Positions 17,710-30,178 of a DNA stretch of 64,000 nt are shown here, one piece after another. Location: assembly GCA_047602425.1 (NCBI GenBank), contig JASGHG010000001.1:4160001-4224000 (forward strand), read 5' to 3'. This DNA is from Nibricoccus sp. GTDB lineage: Bacteria > Verrucomicrobiota > Verrucomicrobiia > Opitutales > Opitutaceae. Under the pieces are notes generated by a model. That model saw only the letters and a program-made list of their open reading frames with translations, was not told the origin of the DNA and searched no databases. Both the position numbers and the translations under genes were made by a program. Every line of letters starts with the position of its first letter. The stretch's first letter is position 1.

Positions 17710-19056
17710 ATGAAAGTCACTGGACTCGCCCTTGTCCCGCCACCCTCCGCCGCTGATCTCCCGAAGGTCACTCCCGAACTCCTCGCCTCGGTTCTCGCGC
17801 GCTACTCGCGCAGCAACGACGGCCTCGGTGCCATCCTCGAAAAAGTCGACCTCGCCAATCCCGATGCCTCGATTGACCGCATCCTGAAATTTGTCGACTA
17901 CGGCCACGCTTCGATCGGCGGCCTCACCGGCGGTCTCGCGATCGCGCTCGACGATGTCTCAATGTGGCTCGCGTACAAAGTCTTTGAAATCTCGCAGATG
18001 GCCGACGGTCAGGAATCGAGCACGCGCTACATCACGATGAACGCGTCAAATGTGCCCTCCGCATCCGAGGTGGGTATTCCCGACGATCTCGCGCCGCGTT
18101 GGCAGGCCTTGCTCGCAAAATCCTTCGCCGCCTACAACGCCGAATACGCGCGGCTCGACGCCGCGGCGATCGCGAATCCCTCGCTCGTGCGCCTGCCGCC
18201 TGACGCGAAGCCGGCCGTAGTCACACGTCTTCGCAAAAACTACGCGCTCGATCGTGCGCGCTACTTCATTCCCTTCGCCACGCGCACCAACCTGGGTCTG
18301 GTGCAAAGCTCGCGCATGTGGGCGCAGACGGTGAAACATCTCGATTCGCTCCCGCATCCTGAAGCTCGCGCCGCCGCGAAGGCGATTCGCGAAGTGCTCC
18401 TGAAAATTTCGCCGCGTCTCATGCGTCACAGCGTCGCCGAAAAATCCTTCGAGGAACAGGCGCGACAAGAACTTGCCGCCAGCTTCAAACTCGGCCTCGA
18501 GCGTCTCTCGACCGCCCCTTTGAACGACGAAGTCTGGGTCAAGGTCGACCGCGACACGCCGCCCTTCCTTGCCGAGACGCAACCGCTTTCCGAGTCCTTG
18601 CGGCACCGAACCAATCGTTATGGATATCAAGGCGTGGCGTCGCGACGGATGCGCGTGACCTTTGCCTGGAATAACATGGCGTTGGCCGAACTCCGCGACC
18701 TCAACCGCCATCGCACCGGCCATCGTTATACGCCGCTCATCCAGGCAGGCTTTTATCTCCCGCCTGAGATCAAGCACAGTGCTCATGCCCAATTGCTCAA
18801 CGAGCAGGCCGACCTCACGCGCGAGCTGATGCAGCGCGGCTCGCCGGCCTATGTGTACTCGCTATTGCTCGGCGCTCAGACGCCATTTGAGCACAGCACG
18901 CACGCCGACAAGTTTATCTACGAAGCCGAACTCCGCACCGGCATGGGCGCGCATTTTCGCTACGCCGAACACCTGAGCGCCACGCTCCGCGAATTCTTTA
19001 AACAAGTCCCAGAAGCAAAAGACTGGGTTGTCGAAGGCACCGCCGAGCCGGAGTGA
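17710..19056 (+). CDS. thyX: FAD-dependent thymidylate synthase-like protein with two tandem ThyX-type domains
   Basis: N-half DYGHASI, QESSTRY and ALDRARYFIP; C-half RDLNRHR and YEAELRT. Confidence 0.75.
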   Translation: MKVTGLALVPPPSAADLPKVTPELLASVLARYSRSNDGLGAILEKVDLANPDASIDRILKFVDYGHASIGGLTGGLAIALDDVSMWLAYKVFEISQMADGQESSTRYITMNASNVPSASEVGIPDDLAPRWQALLAKSFAAYNAEYARLDAAAIANPSLVRLPPDAKPAVVTRLRKNYALDRARYFIPFATRTNLGLVQSSRMWAQTVKHLDSLPHPEARAAAKAIREVLLKISPRLMRHSVAEKSFEEQARQELAASFKLGLERLSTAPLNDEVWVKVDRDTPPFLAETQPLSESLRHRTNRYGYQGVASRRMRVTFAWNNMALAELRDLNRHRTGHRYTPLIQAGFYLPPEIKHSAHAQLLNEQADLTRELMQRGSPAYVYSLLLGAQTPFEHSTHADKFIYEAELRTGMGAHFRYAEHLSATLREFFKQVPEAKDWVVEGTAEPE

Positions 19057-19077
19057 GCTGTTCGGTCTGTTGTTTTT

Positions 19078-19162
19078 GGTAGGGACGACCCGCCGGGTCG
19101 TCCGCCAACGTCGCTTACGAATGACTCGTTAAAACCGGACGGCCCGGCGGGCCGTCCCTACC
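19078..19162. repeat. GTAG-type REP doublet between convergent genes
   Basis: ggtagggacgacccgccgggtcgtccg (19078-19104) and inverted copy cggacggcccggcgggccgtccctacc (19136-19162). Confidence 0.85.
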
Positions 19163-19168
19163 TCGGAA

Positions 19169-20395
19169 TTACCTGCGGCATAGCACAACGACGAAGAAGC
19201 CATCGCTGTTGTGCTGCGAAGGAAGAATCGTGAGGCCTTGTGGGCTTGGGGTGGCGCTGAAGGTTTGGTTGAAGGGGGTGGTGGCAAATTCCGGATGTGC
19301 GGCGAGGAACTCAGTGACGACGTCTTCGTTTTCGAAATGACTGAGCGAACACGTCGCGTAAACAAGCAGGCCGCCAGGAGCGACGTGTTTGGCGTAGCGG
19401 GCAAGGATTTCGCGTTGGCGCTGGGCGGCGGTTAGAACATCGGCCTCTGAGATCGACCATTTCAAATGGGGCGAACGGCGCCAGGTGCCGGTGCCGCTGC
19501 AAGGGGCATCGACGAGCACGCCATCGAAAAGCGCAGTGGGCGCGGGGGGATGCTGGCGGACCACGATCTGCGAGAGGCGCGCGCGGGCGGCGCGGAGCTT
19601 GAGTTCGGCCAGGGCGTCGTGGCGTGGGTCGAGCGCGGTGACCTGGCCGGTCGGGCCGACGAGGCGGGCGAGTTGCAGAGTTTTTCCGCCAGCGCCGGCG
19701 CAGGCATCGAGCCAGCGCGAACCGGTGGCGGGGCGGACGGCTTCGAGCAAGAGTTGTGAGCCGAGATCCTGCACTTCCACGAGACCTTGGGCGTAGCAAT
19801 CGGTTTTGGTAACGTCGGCTTCGGTGAGCAGTTGGACGGCGCCGGGCAAGAGTGCCGACGGCTGCCACTTCCATTGACGGAAAGTGAATTCCTCAAATAC
19901 GGGCCGCGTGTCCTCGGTTTGGAGGCGGAGCCAGAGCGGGGCGCGGGTGTGAAGGACGTCGATCTCGGGCGATGCAAAGGCGGCCGGGCAATGAGCGCGG
20001 AACCACTCGGGCAGGAGTGGCTCGTTGACGCGGAGGAGGGCGGCTTTTGCAGCGACCGTCGCGGGAAGCGTGGGCCAGTCGGTAGGCAGGGATTGTTTAA
20101 GAGGGCGCGTGGCGTTGTCTTCGGCGGCGAGCCAGACGACGGCGCAAAGTGTTTCTTCCTCGGAGCGGGTGAGCAGAGTTTCAATCCACGGCAGGAACCG
20201 GATCGCGGTGTATAACAATTCCCGATACAAGCGGCGGTCGCGGGAGCCGAAGCGTTTTTCTTTGGCGAGACGTTGCTGGATGCGCGCAGGGAGATTGCGG
20301 TCGTCGCGAAAATGGGGGCGGAGCTCGGCGAGGAGCTTGAGGAAAGTACGGCCTTGATTGGCGGCTACGGGCGAGACTTCAAAGTGTTCGGACAT
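19169..20395 (-). CDS. RsmB/NOP2-family RNA m5C methyltransferase
   Basis: EVQD.GSQ, LDACAGAGGKT, VLVDAPCSGTG, YATCSL...ENE.VV and DGFF. Confidence 0.93.
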   Translation of the reverse strand: MSEHFEVSPVAANQGRTFLKLLAELRPHFRDDRNLPARIQQRLAKEKRFGSRDRRLYRELLYTAIRFLPWIETLLTRSEEETLCAVVWLAAEDNATRPLKQSLPTDWPTLPATVAAKAALLRVNEPLLPEWFRAHCPAAFASPEIDVLHTRAPLWLRLQTEDTRPVFEEFTFRQWKWQPSALLPGAVQLLTEADVTKTDCYAQGLVEVQDLGSQLLLEAVRPATGSRWLDACAGAGGKTLQLARLVGPTGQVTALDPRHDALAELKLRAARARLSQIVVRQHPPAPTALFDGVLVDAPCSGTGTWRRSPHLKWSISEADVLTAAQRQREILARYAKHVAPGGLLVYATCSLSHFENEDVVTEFLAAHPEFATTPFNQTFSATPSPQGLTILPSQHNSDGFFVVVLCRR

Positions 20396-20533
20396 GGAAA
20401 CACAAATGAACTCAGATGGAGACCGAGGGAAGACAAGACGTCACGCGCAGTGCAAATCCACGTTGTTGCACTTGTGATTGTTCATTTGCCCGATCCAGCA
20501 CATTGGCGGGCCATGCGCCTACCTCATTTCGCC

Positions 20534-22777
20534 TTAGAGGCCGATCAAGCGCGCACTGATGTTGAAGCCGAAACTGCCTTCGCGAGAACGGCCTTCGTAG
20601 CGGCGGACGCCGTATTGAATGCTCCAAATGTTGTTCAGGTTTTGATGGACGGTGAGCGACTGCTCGTTGAAACGACTGCGGCGGGCGTCGTAGTGCAGGC
20701 GCACGACGGCTGAGTAGACTTCGTTGATACGATAACGGGTTTCGCCGATGTACTCATCGATTTGGTGTTGGAGGTAATGGTTCGCGATGCTGAACAGCCA
20801 GACGTTGCCATCGAGAATGGTGAAACGGTTGTTGAATTCGCGCAGCGTGTAATTTTGCGGAGTAAAGCTGTTATAAACGTCATAGCGCAACCAGCGGGCA
20901 GGGGTAAGGCTCAGGCCTGTATGGATGGACGAAACATCTTTTTCGCCGAGGTTGCGGCGGAAGCGATAGTCGCCGGCGACATTGAACGTAAGGAGGTCTC
21001 GCGAGCCATAAGAGGCGTCGCGGGTTTGAAGGGTATTGTCGATCCCGACGCGCAGGACGTTGGTGGATTCGAGGTCGTCGATGTTGCGCTGGTCGGCGAG
21101 TTCGAGCGTAGGCAGAGCGGTGTCGAAGACGCGATCGTCGACTTGCGGGATGTAGCGTTTGCCGCGGTCGGCCGACGGGATGTAGCGATAGGAGAGTTTG
21201 GGCGTCACCAGATGGCGGATGCCGTCGATGCCCCAGCGTTCGTTTTTGTAGTTGTAGACACCACTGGCGCGGAGGCTGGCGTCGGCACCGATTTCACCGA
21301 GGAAACGCGAGTAGGCAGCGCGTCCATTGACGGCGTCGAAATAGTGCGTGAGGCGGGCAGCCGCGACTGGGTTGATGACAAACCATTCACGTGGGGCAAC
21401 AGGACGCTCGAGGGCGTAGAGCCAGTCGATGCGGTTGCTCTTCACGGTGGGGAATGTCTCGTAGGAGACGACGGTGACGTCGTCGATTTTCTCGCTCTGA
21501 GCGTCAAATGCGCGTTCGCGCAAGGCGGCGAGGCTCAGGCTGCCCCGGTTGTAGATTCCGAATCCCAAAAGGCTGGGCAGGTAGTCGGTGCGAAGCTCGG
21601 GGAGGCGTTGTTGGACGCGGTAGAAAGTGTTGGGTTGGATGCGGAGAAAGGTCGAGGAGACGGCGTTGTCGCTGGCATGGGTGGTCTCAAAAAAGGTATC
21701 TGGTTGCTGGTTGCGGTTGAACTCATCGGGGCGAAAATCTCGGGCGACGGCGGAGTCGGTCCAGTAATTGAGCTGGATGTTGGTTGTGGTATTCCGTTTG
21801 AGCGAGACGAAGGCGTCCTGCCATTGGACGAAACCCCGGTCGGAATGAATGGGGCGACCCAGGATGTCCAAGCCCTTGTTGCCATTGTCGTGGATGTAGC
21901 CGGTGTTGAATTCGCCGAACTTGTGATGTTCGTTTTTGGTGATGTCGTAGGTTCCGGAGGGGCCAAAGAGGATGCCGCGCGAACTGTAGAGACCAAGATC
22001 GCCGCCCAAATTGACGCCTTGGGCAAAGGGCAGGTGGAGGCCGAGGTCGGCGAAATAGCCGAGCGTGCCACTGTGACCGACTTTGGCGCTGATGTGCGAA
22101 ATGAGCGGATCGTGGACGTTTTGGTCGATGCGGCGGAAGGGGATCACGGGAGTGTCTCCGGTGCCGAGGCGTGCTTTTTCGGCGACGACATTTTCGCGGC
22201 TGACGACTGAGATTTTTTTTGCGGTGAGCGTGGGAGTGAAGATTCCGGGTTCGCGGTAAAACATTTTTGCGTCGTAGGCCGCAAAGTCGCGCGGTGTGCC
22301 TTCGACGCGACTGGCCTCGATGTAGAGAGGATATTCGCCAAAGCGCAGTCGCGTGCCGCTGAACGTTTTTTCTTTGAGGTGAAAAAGAATTTCGTCGGCC
22401 AGCAGGCGTTTCGCGCCTTGGGGCAGAAGTTCGCTGCCGCGTTCGGAAGTGAGGGCGAGTTTATTGTCGATCGTGAGGACAACGTGGCCACGGGCGCTGG
22501 CGGTTTGCGAGCGAAGGTTGTAGCGGATTTCGTCGGCCGTGAGCAGGACGCCCTCGTAGTCGAGGCGGGCGTTGCCGGTGAGCACTTGATCGCCGGTGCC
22601 TGGATCGGTGTCCATGAGCTCCGCGTTGAACTGCGGCAGGCTGGGAATTTGCGCGCCGGCAATGGCGCAGCAGCAAAGGACAAACAGGGCGGTCAGTAAA
22701 CGGCGGATCACGATCCGCGGAGCAAAATCATGGCGGCGGTCGCAGGCAAGCTCCTTGGCGAGGGCGGTGCGGGGCAT
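20534..22777 (-). CDS. lptD: LPS-assembly outer-membrane protein LptD
   Basis: OstA-like N-terminus (L.ADEI.YN....A.A.GHV), QRLPEL, RH.VTP...Y.YIP, long beta-barrel-like C-terminus. Confidence 0.8.
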   Translation of the reverse strand: MPRTALAKELACDRRHDFAPRIVIRRLLTALFVLCCCAIAGAQIPSLPQFNAELMDTDPGTGDQVLTGNARLDYEGVLLTADEIRYNLRSQTASARGHVVLTIDNKLALTSERGSELLPQGAKRLLADEILFHLKEKTFSGTRLRFGEYPLYIEASRVEGTPRDFAAYDAKMFYREPGIFTPTLTAKKISVVSRENVVAEKARLGTGDTPVIPFRRIDQNVHDPLISHISAKVGHSGTLGYFADLGLHLPFAQGVNLGGDLGLYSSRGILFGPSGTYDITKNEHHKFGEFNTGYIHDNGNKGLDILGRPIHSDRGFVQWQDAFVSLKRNTTTNIQLNYWTDSAVARDFRPDEFNRNQQPDTFFETTHASDNAVSSTFLRIQPNTFYRVQQRLPELRTDYLPSLLGFGIYNRGSLSLAALRERAFDAQSEKIDDVTVVSYETFPTVKSNRIDWLYALERPVAPREWFVINPVAAARLTHYFDAVNGRAAYSRFLGEIGADASLRASGVYNYKNERWGIDGIRHLVTPKLSYRYIPSADRGKRYIPQVDDRVFDTALPTLELADQRNIDDLESTNVLRVGIDNTLQTRDASYGSRDLLTFNVAGDYRFRRNLGEKDVSSIHTGLSLTPARWLRYDVYNSFTPQNYTLREFNNRFTILDGNVWLFSIANHYLQHQIDEYIGETRYRINEVYSAVVRLHYDARRSRFNEQSLTVHQNLNNIWSIQYGVRRYEGRSREGSFGFNISARLIGL

Positions 22778-22945
22778 AGTCGGTTGCTGGGTGGCGGTGA
22801 GGGAGGCGCAGATCCTTGGACAGCGTGGCGGACGTTTGTGCCCGGCAATTCTTGGCGCAATGCGATGGATGTTTCTTCTGGTACGGAAATTGCCTGCTAG
22901 ACGTTACATCATTCTGTGTCATGGTAACGTCTAACTCTCTTCCCC

Positions 22946-25159
<2,214 letters not shown>

Positions 25160-25182
25160 AGTTGTCTCAAGCAATCTAAAGC

Positions 25183-25202
25183 GCACTGCCGACGGGCAGT
25201 GC
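25183..25202 (+). terminator. Hairpin after glgB (possible terminator)
   Basis: Perfect 8-bp stem gcactgcc-gacg-ggcagtgc; no clear U tract. Confidence 0.4.
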
Positions 25203-25305
25203 TAAAGTCTCACTCCAAAAGAAATCGCATCCGATTAAAACCGGAGGAGGTTGGTTCCGACCTGTCAAAGTCGATGCTGTATGGTTCTCCGTTAGCCGAA
25301 TAAGT

Positions 25306-25734
25306 ATGCGCCAAGTAAGCATCATACGTTGTCCCTCCAGGCCGTTTCACTTCACACCACCATTTGGTGGAGGGAACTACGCGTTACTTCTATATATTGC
25401 AGTGACAGATGTTTCTACCGAAGAACAGACCATGATCAGTGCGGCAATTGTCGCTTCAGGTTGCCGATACGCCGTGTGCTATGGTCATCGCTGTTCGAGT
25501 TGGGACGATTCGATCGATTTGGCTGCCGTCGAAAATGGCGAAGAAAAAAGCGCCTTCGTTATGACTACATGGCATGAGAACGATACACCGGAGGACGTTG
25601 CTTTCTTCTTTTGGAATAATACGTCGTTTGATGATTTTACTGCCGAACGCTTGGGCGTTTTTATCCTTGGCCCTGATTCGAAGACTGAAGCATCTCTTGT
25701 AGCTGCCTTCGACTCTTTTCGTCAAAAGACCTAA
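25306..25734 (+). CDS. Hypothetical protein in AT-richer DNA
   Basis: 142-aa ORF with protein-like pattern (GCRYAVCYG..CSSWDDSID...VMTTWHE); visibly lower GC than its neighbours. Confidence 0.7.
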   Translation: MRQVSIIRCPSRPFHFTPPFGGGNYALLLYIAVTDVSTEEQTMISAAIVASGCRYAVCYGHRCSSWDDSIDLAAVENGEEKSAFVMTTWHENDTPEDVAFFFWNNTSFDDFTAERLGVFILGPDSKTEASLVAAFDSFRQKT

Positions 25735-25857
25735 TCTGCCCTTACGATTTCCGTATTCACAATGGTTCGGTCGGCTATTCTGCTTCCCTTTACCTGCAGG
25801 ATACTTGTTTCATTCGATAGTTCAGGGCTCTAAGTGTGTCAAAGGCCTAGCAGACTC

Positions 25858-27354
25858 CTACGCTGCATTCGTCGCGCCATAGCCGAAGAGTTTCCTCTTT
25901 TTGATGGTACTGGCGACGCTGGGGGGAACCATTTGCTCCCAGGAGGCGTCGCCGGCTTTGATGCGGCGGAGGACGTCGCGGGAGAAAATGCTCAGGTGTG
26001 CCTCGTTGTAGCCGGTCACACAGTCAATGTAATGATTCTCCATGAGATGCGCGTAGAGGTTACGCAGGTTGTCGGGTACATGGAGGTTTTTCGCGGTGAT
26101 CAAAACGCGGTTGCTGAAGCCGGTGTTCATCGGGGCGGGCGGCGCGCCACTGGGATTTTGTTCGGCGAGGAAGCGTTCGAAGGCCTGCGCTTGCATCGGG
26201 TAAACATAGAGTTTCACCGCGTAGCGGAAGAGGCGGCCGACGGCTTCGAGAATGCCGCCCGGGAGGCTTTCGTAATATTTTTCGTTGAAGACCTCGAGGA
26301 GGTTGTTGATGCCGAGCGCGACCCCAACCATCTCCTGGGTGTAACGGCGGAAGTACGCGGTGAGGCGGTGGAATTCCGAGTAATTCGAAATCAGGACGGT
26401 GAAGCCGAGTTCGCTCAAAAGATCGACGCGCGAGAGGAAGTCCTGGGAGTCGAGGTCGCCGGCGGCCAGCAGATTGTGCATGGTGATTTCCATGAGCACG
26501 ATCGTTTCCTTGCCCTTGACGAGTGGTTCTTGAACGAATTGCGCGCAAGCACAGTTGATCATGTCGACGTTGACGTGGGTGACAGGGCGGAAGCTGCCGC
26601 GCTCGACGACGATGGCTTTTTTATAGAGGATTTCGGAGGGCTGCAGGACGTCGCCGGCGGGGCCGAACATGACGGCGTTGGTCAGTCCATGCCGCACGAG
26701 GTGAAGCGAGGCGAGGCGGTTGTCGACGTTGGCGAAGGCGGGACCGGAGAACTTCAGCATGTCGACTTCGATGCGGGCAGTGCCGACCTGATCGACGAGG
26801 GAGATGATCAATTTCTCCAAGTCGTCGCGGAGGTAGAAGGCTCCGTAAATGAGGTTCACGCCGACGATGCCGAGCGCCTGCTGCTGAAGGACGTTTTCCT
26901 TGTCCCACATGCGCACGTGCATGATGGCCTCGCTGGGCGTACCGTTAGGTTCGGTTTGAAAACGAATGCCCATCCAGCCATGGCACTCGTTGTTGCCCTT
27001 GTAACTTTTGGCGGAAACGGTGTCGGCGAAGACGAAGAAAGTGGTGTCGGCGCCGCGAGTGGAGGCGAGGCGTTGGTTGAGCAATTCATACTCGTGGCTG
27101 AGCATGAGGCTGAGACGTTCGCGCGAGACGTAGCGCGGGGCCTTGCCATAGATCGCGTCGCTGAAGGCCATGTCGTACGCCGAAATGGTTTTGGCGACGG
27201 TGCCGGCGGCGCCACCGGCTTGGAAGAACCACCGGGCGACCTCCTGGCCCGCGCCGATTTCGGCGAAGGTGCCGTACTTGACGGGGTCGAGATTGACCGT
27301 GAGCGCCTTGCGATTGGTGGTGAGAAGTTCCTTCTGCTGCTCGGTGGGTTCCAT
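25858..27354 (-). CDS. Conserved protein with a nucleotidyltransferase (NadD-like) C-terminal region; function uncertain
   Basis: N-terminal YGTFAEIGAGQEV...AGGAAGT.AKT.SAYD; C-terminal RGSFRPVTHVN, IFSRDVL and WE.MVP..V. Start set at the ATG at 27354. Confidence 0.65.
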   Translation of the reverse strand: MEPTEQQKELLTTNRKALTVNLDPVKYGTFAEIGAGQEVARWFFQAGGAAGTVAKTISAYDMAFSDAIYGKAPRYVSRERLSLMLSHEYELLNQRLASTRGADTTFFVFADTVSAKSYKGNNECHGWMGIRFQTEPNGTPSEAIMHVRMWDKENVLQQQALGIVGVNLIYGAFYLRDDLEKLIISLVDQVGTARIEVDMLKFSGPAFANVDNRLASLHLVRHGLTNAVMFGPAGDVLQPSEILYKKAIVVERGSFRPVTHVNVDMINCACAQFVQEPLVKGKETIVLMEITMHNLLAAGDLDSQDFLSRVDLLSELGFTVLISNYSEFHRLTAYFRRYTQEMVGVALGINNLLEVFNEKYYESLPGGILEAVGRLFRYAVKLYVYPMQAQAFERFLAEQNPSGAPPAPMNTGFSNRVLITAKNLHVPDNLRNLYAHLMENHYIDCVTGYNEAHLSIFSRDVLRRIKAGDASWEQMVPPSVASTIKKRKLFGYGATNAA

Positions 27355-27568
27355 GGGAGGAGAAGAGCCGAAACGGCTGGCTTTTTTTGTGGCACGGAGG
27401 GGCGCCAAAGAAAAGTTTTAGCTCTTAGGGCGGAGGAAAAGTAGCTGGGATTTGTCGCGGTGGCGAGCGGCATTAGCGGGCGTTTTTTCCCGGTAGACGA
27501 CTTGCGGGGAACGCCCCAGCGAAATTCGCTGGATGCCCGGGGACGTTTCACCCAACGTGGCGGGCGAC

Positions 27569-29386
27569 ATGAAAAACTTTTTCACCTCGATGTTGGGGAC
27601 GTTGGCGGCGTTGGCGGTTTGCGCGATGGGCGCGTTCATCATCGGACTGATCATGCTCGGCATGTTGATCGCGATAGGTAACAAAAAGCCCGCGTCCGTC
27701 GAACAAGGCGCGTATCTCGTTTTTGACCTCACGACTTTGATCACGGACGCGCCACCCGAAGCGACGCCGTCGGAATTGCTTTCGGCGCTGGGCAGTGGAG
27801 ACCAGGGACCGCGTCAGTTGCAATTGCGCCAAGTCACTGCGGCGCTGCGTGCGGCGGGCAACGATTCGCGTATCGCCGGCGTTTATTTGCACGGGCATCT
27901 GCCCTCGGGCGGCGGCTCGTTCGGCAACGGTTTCGCAGCGCTCAAGGAAGTGCGCGAAGCGCTGGTCGCGGTGAAGGCCAAGGGAAAACCGGTGGTCGCT
28001 TATCTGGATGTCGCGAGCACGCGCGACATGTATGTCTCCTCGGTCGCGAACGAACTCATGCTCGATCCCTACGGCATCATCTACATGCCGGGTCTTGGTG
28101 CCGAACCGATGTTCTACACTGGCGCTTTTGAAAAGTTCGGCATCGGCGTGCAAGTCACGCGTGTCGGCAAATACAAATCGGCGGTGGAGCCTTTTACGCG
28201 CAAGGACCTGAGTCCGGAAAATCGCGAGCAGTTGCAAAAGCTCCTCGACGACGTCTGGGGCGAACTGGTGGAGGCGACGGCTGACGCCCGCGGTTTGTCC
28301 AAGGCGGATCTGCAGGCGATCGTGGACCGCGAAGGTTTTATCCGCGCCGACGCCGCGCTCGCGGCAAAACTGGTCACGCGTGTGAGCTACCGCGACGAGG
28401 CACTCGACGAACTCAAAACGCGCACCGGCCTCAAGGGCGTGAACAAGCCTTTCAAGCAAATCGCGCTGGCGGAATACATTGATCTGATGGACGGGCCGCA
28501 TATGGCTAAACCCTCCTCGGGCGGGAAAATCGCTGTGGTCTACGCCGAAGGCGTGATTGTCGACGGCAACGGCCAGCAGGACGAGATCGGCGGAACCCGC
28601 TTCGCCCGCGAACTGCGTCGTCTGCGCCAGGACAACGACGTCAAAGCGATCGTGCTGCGCGTCAACAGCCCGGGCGGTTCGGCTTCGGCCTCCGAGCACA
28701 TCCAGCGCGAAGTCCGCCTCGCGAAGCAGGTCAAGCCGGTCATCGTCTCGATGGGCTCCTACGCCGCGTCGGGCGGGTATTGGATTTCCACCTACGGCGA
28801 TAAAATTTATGCCGAACCCACGACAATCACTGGTTCTATTGGCGTGTTCGGCTTGATGATGAACGTGCAAAAACTCGCGGGAAATCTCGGGCTGACCTTC
28901 GACCGCGTGAAAACCGGCAAATACGCCGACTCGATGACGATTTCGCGTCCGAAGACCGAAGAGGAACTCGCGCTCATCCAGCGCGCCGTCGACTGGATCT
29001 ACAGCGAATTCATCACGAAGGTTTCCCAGTCGCGCGGCCTCGAACTTTCGCGCGTGCAGGAAATCGCCCAAGGCCGTGTCTGGTCGGGTGTCGAAGCGAA
29101 GAATCTCGGTTTGGTCGACGAAATCGGCGGGCTTGATGCGGCCATTGCTTTTGCCGCGGAAAAAGCCGGCTTGGGCAACAAATACCAGCTGATCGAATAT
29201 CCCGCGCACAAGGAATTTGCCGAAATGATCGCCGAGCTTTTCAACGGCATCAAACCCGCCAGCTCGCGCGGCGGCGCAATCACGACTATGGTTGACGCGA
29301 TGAAAGACGAACTGCGCTCCCTCGAACAATTCAACGATCAGCAGGGCGTTTACGCCCGCCTGCCGGTTGACATCCGCCTGAAATAA
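27569..29386 (+). CDS. sppA: Signal peptide peptidase A (protease IV, 67-kDa type)
   Basis: N-terminal TM, RVGKYKSAVEP, LRVNSPGGS, AASGGYWI, TGSIGV and AQGRVW.G. Confidence 0.95.
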   Translation: MKNFFTSMLGTLAALAVCAMGAFIIGLIMLGMLIAIGNKKPASVEQGAYLVFDLTTLITDAPPEATPSELLSALGSGDQGPRQLQLRQVTAALRAAGNDSRIAGVYLHGHLPSGGGSFGNGFAALKEVREALVAVKAKGKPVVAYLDVASTRDMYVSSVANELMLDPYGIIYMPGLGAEPMFYTGAFEKFGIGVQVTRVGKYKSAVEPFTRKDLSPENREQLQKLLDDVWGELVEATADARGLSKADLQAIVDREGFIRADAALAAKLVTRVSYRDEALDELKTRTGLKGVNKPFKQIALAEYIDLMDGPHMAKPSSGGKIAVVYAEGVIVDGNGQQDEIGGTRFARELRRLRQDNDVKAIVLRVNSPGGSASASEHIQREVRLAKQVKPVIVSMGSYAASGGYWISTYGDKIYAEPTTITGSIGVFGLMMNVQKLAGNLGLTFDRVKTGKYADSMTISRPKTEEELALIQRAVDWIYSEFITKVSQSRGLELSRVQEIAQGRVWSGVEAKNLGLVDEIGGLDAAIAFAAEKAGLGNKYQLIEYPAHKEFAEMIAELFNGIKPASSRGGAITTMVDAMKDELRSLEQFNDQQGVYARLPVDIRLK

Positions 29387-29391
29387 CTTCC

Positions 29392-29928
29392 ATGAACAAC
29401 CCCAACACGCATCTTTCGCGGGATATTCCGGCCACGGCCATTCCAGCCGGCCATGCCACCACACTGACTGCCGGTAGCAATGTGTTCGTCATGCAAACCC
29501 TTGGTGGCAATGTCACCGTTCGCACGGATCAGGGTTTGTTCCGCATCGCGGCCGAGCACGCGTCGGCGATCATTGGCTTTGAACCGCCGAAGACCACGGC
29601 GGCCGCCGCGGGCGAATTTAGCGAGCAGGCGGTATGGGATGCGATGAAGACCTGCTTCGATCCTGAAATCCCTGTCAATATTGTCGATTTGGGATTGGTT
29701 TATGACATGAGCGTCGAGAAGACGCCGGACGGTGGCCATGCGATTGAAGTGAAAATGACGCTGACCGCGCCCGGCTGCGGCATGGGGCCGGTGATCGCCG
29801 AAGACGCGCGCCAAAAAATCGCCGCATTGCCGACCGTGCGTTCGGCCAAGGTTCACATCGTTTGGGACCCCGTGTGGAATCCCCAAATGATTTCCGCCGA
29901 AGGCCGGCAGAAGCTGGGCATCGAGTGA
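29392..29928 (+). CDS. sufT: Fe-S cluster assembly protein SufT-like (DUF59)
   Basis: DPEIPVNIVDLGLVY and MTLTAPGCGMG, with N-terminal Q.LGG..TV. Confidence 0.88.
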   Translation: MNNPNTHLSRDIPATAIPAGHATTLTAGSNVFVMQTLGGNVTVRTDQGLFRIAAEHASAIIGFEPPKTTAAAAGEFSEQAVWDAMKTCFDPEIPVNIVDLGLVYDMSVEKTPDGGHAIEVKMTLTAPGCGMGPVIAEDARQKIAALPTVRSAKVHIVWDPVWNPQMISAEGRQKLGIE

Positions 29929-30178
29929 CGGTGTTTCTTCCGCGCTTCCGAAAAAACCTTTTTTACAGGAGGAAACGGAGGGCGCGGAGGAGGTGGAAGG
30001 AAAGGCGAAGGCTGACGTGCGCTGCCCCGACTTGGGGATTTGCCCTCCGCGACTGCCCAATTCTTTTCCCCGAAAGAAAAAATGGGAATTCCAAAACCGC
30101 GTTTTGCCCGGACGAAGGGCAATTTTACCTTCCGCCAATCAGTGAAACCCCGCGCGCCGCGGCAAAATGCCGACGACT

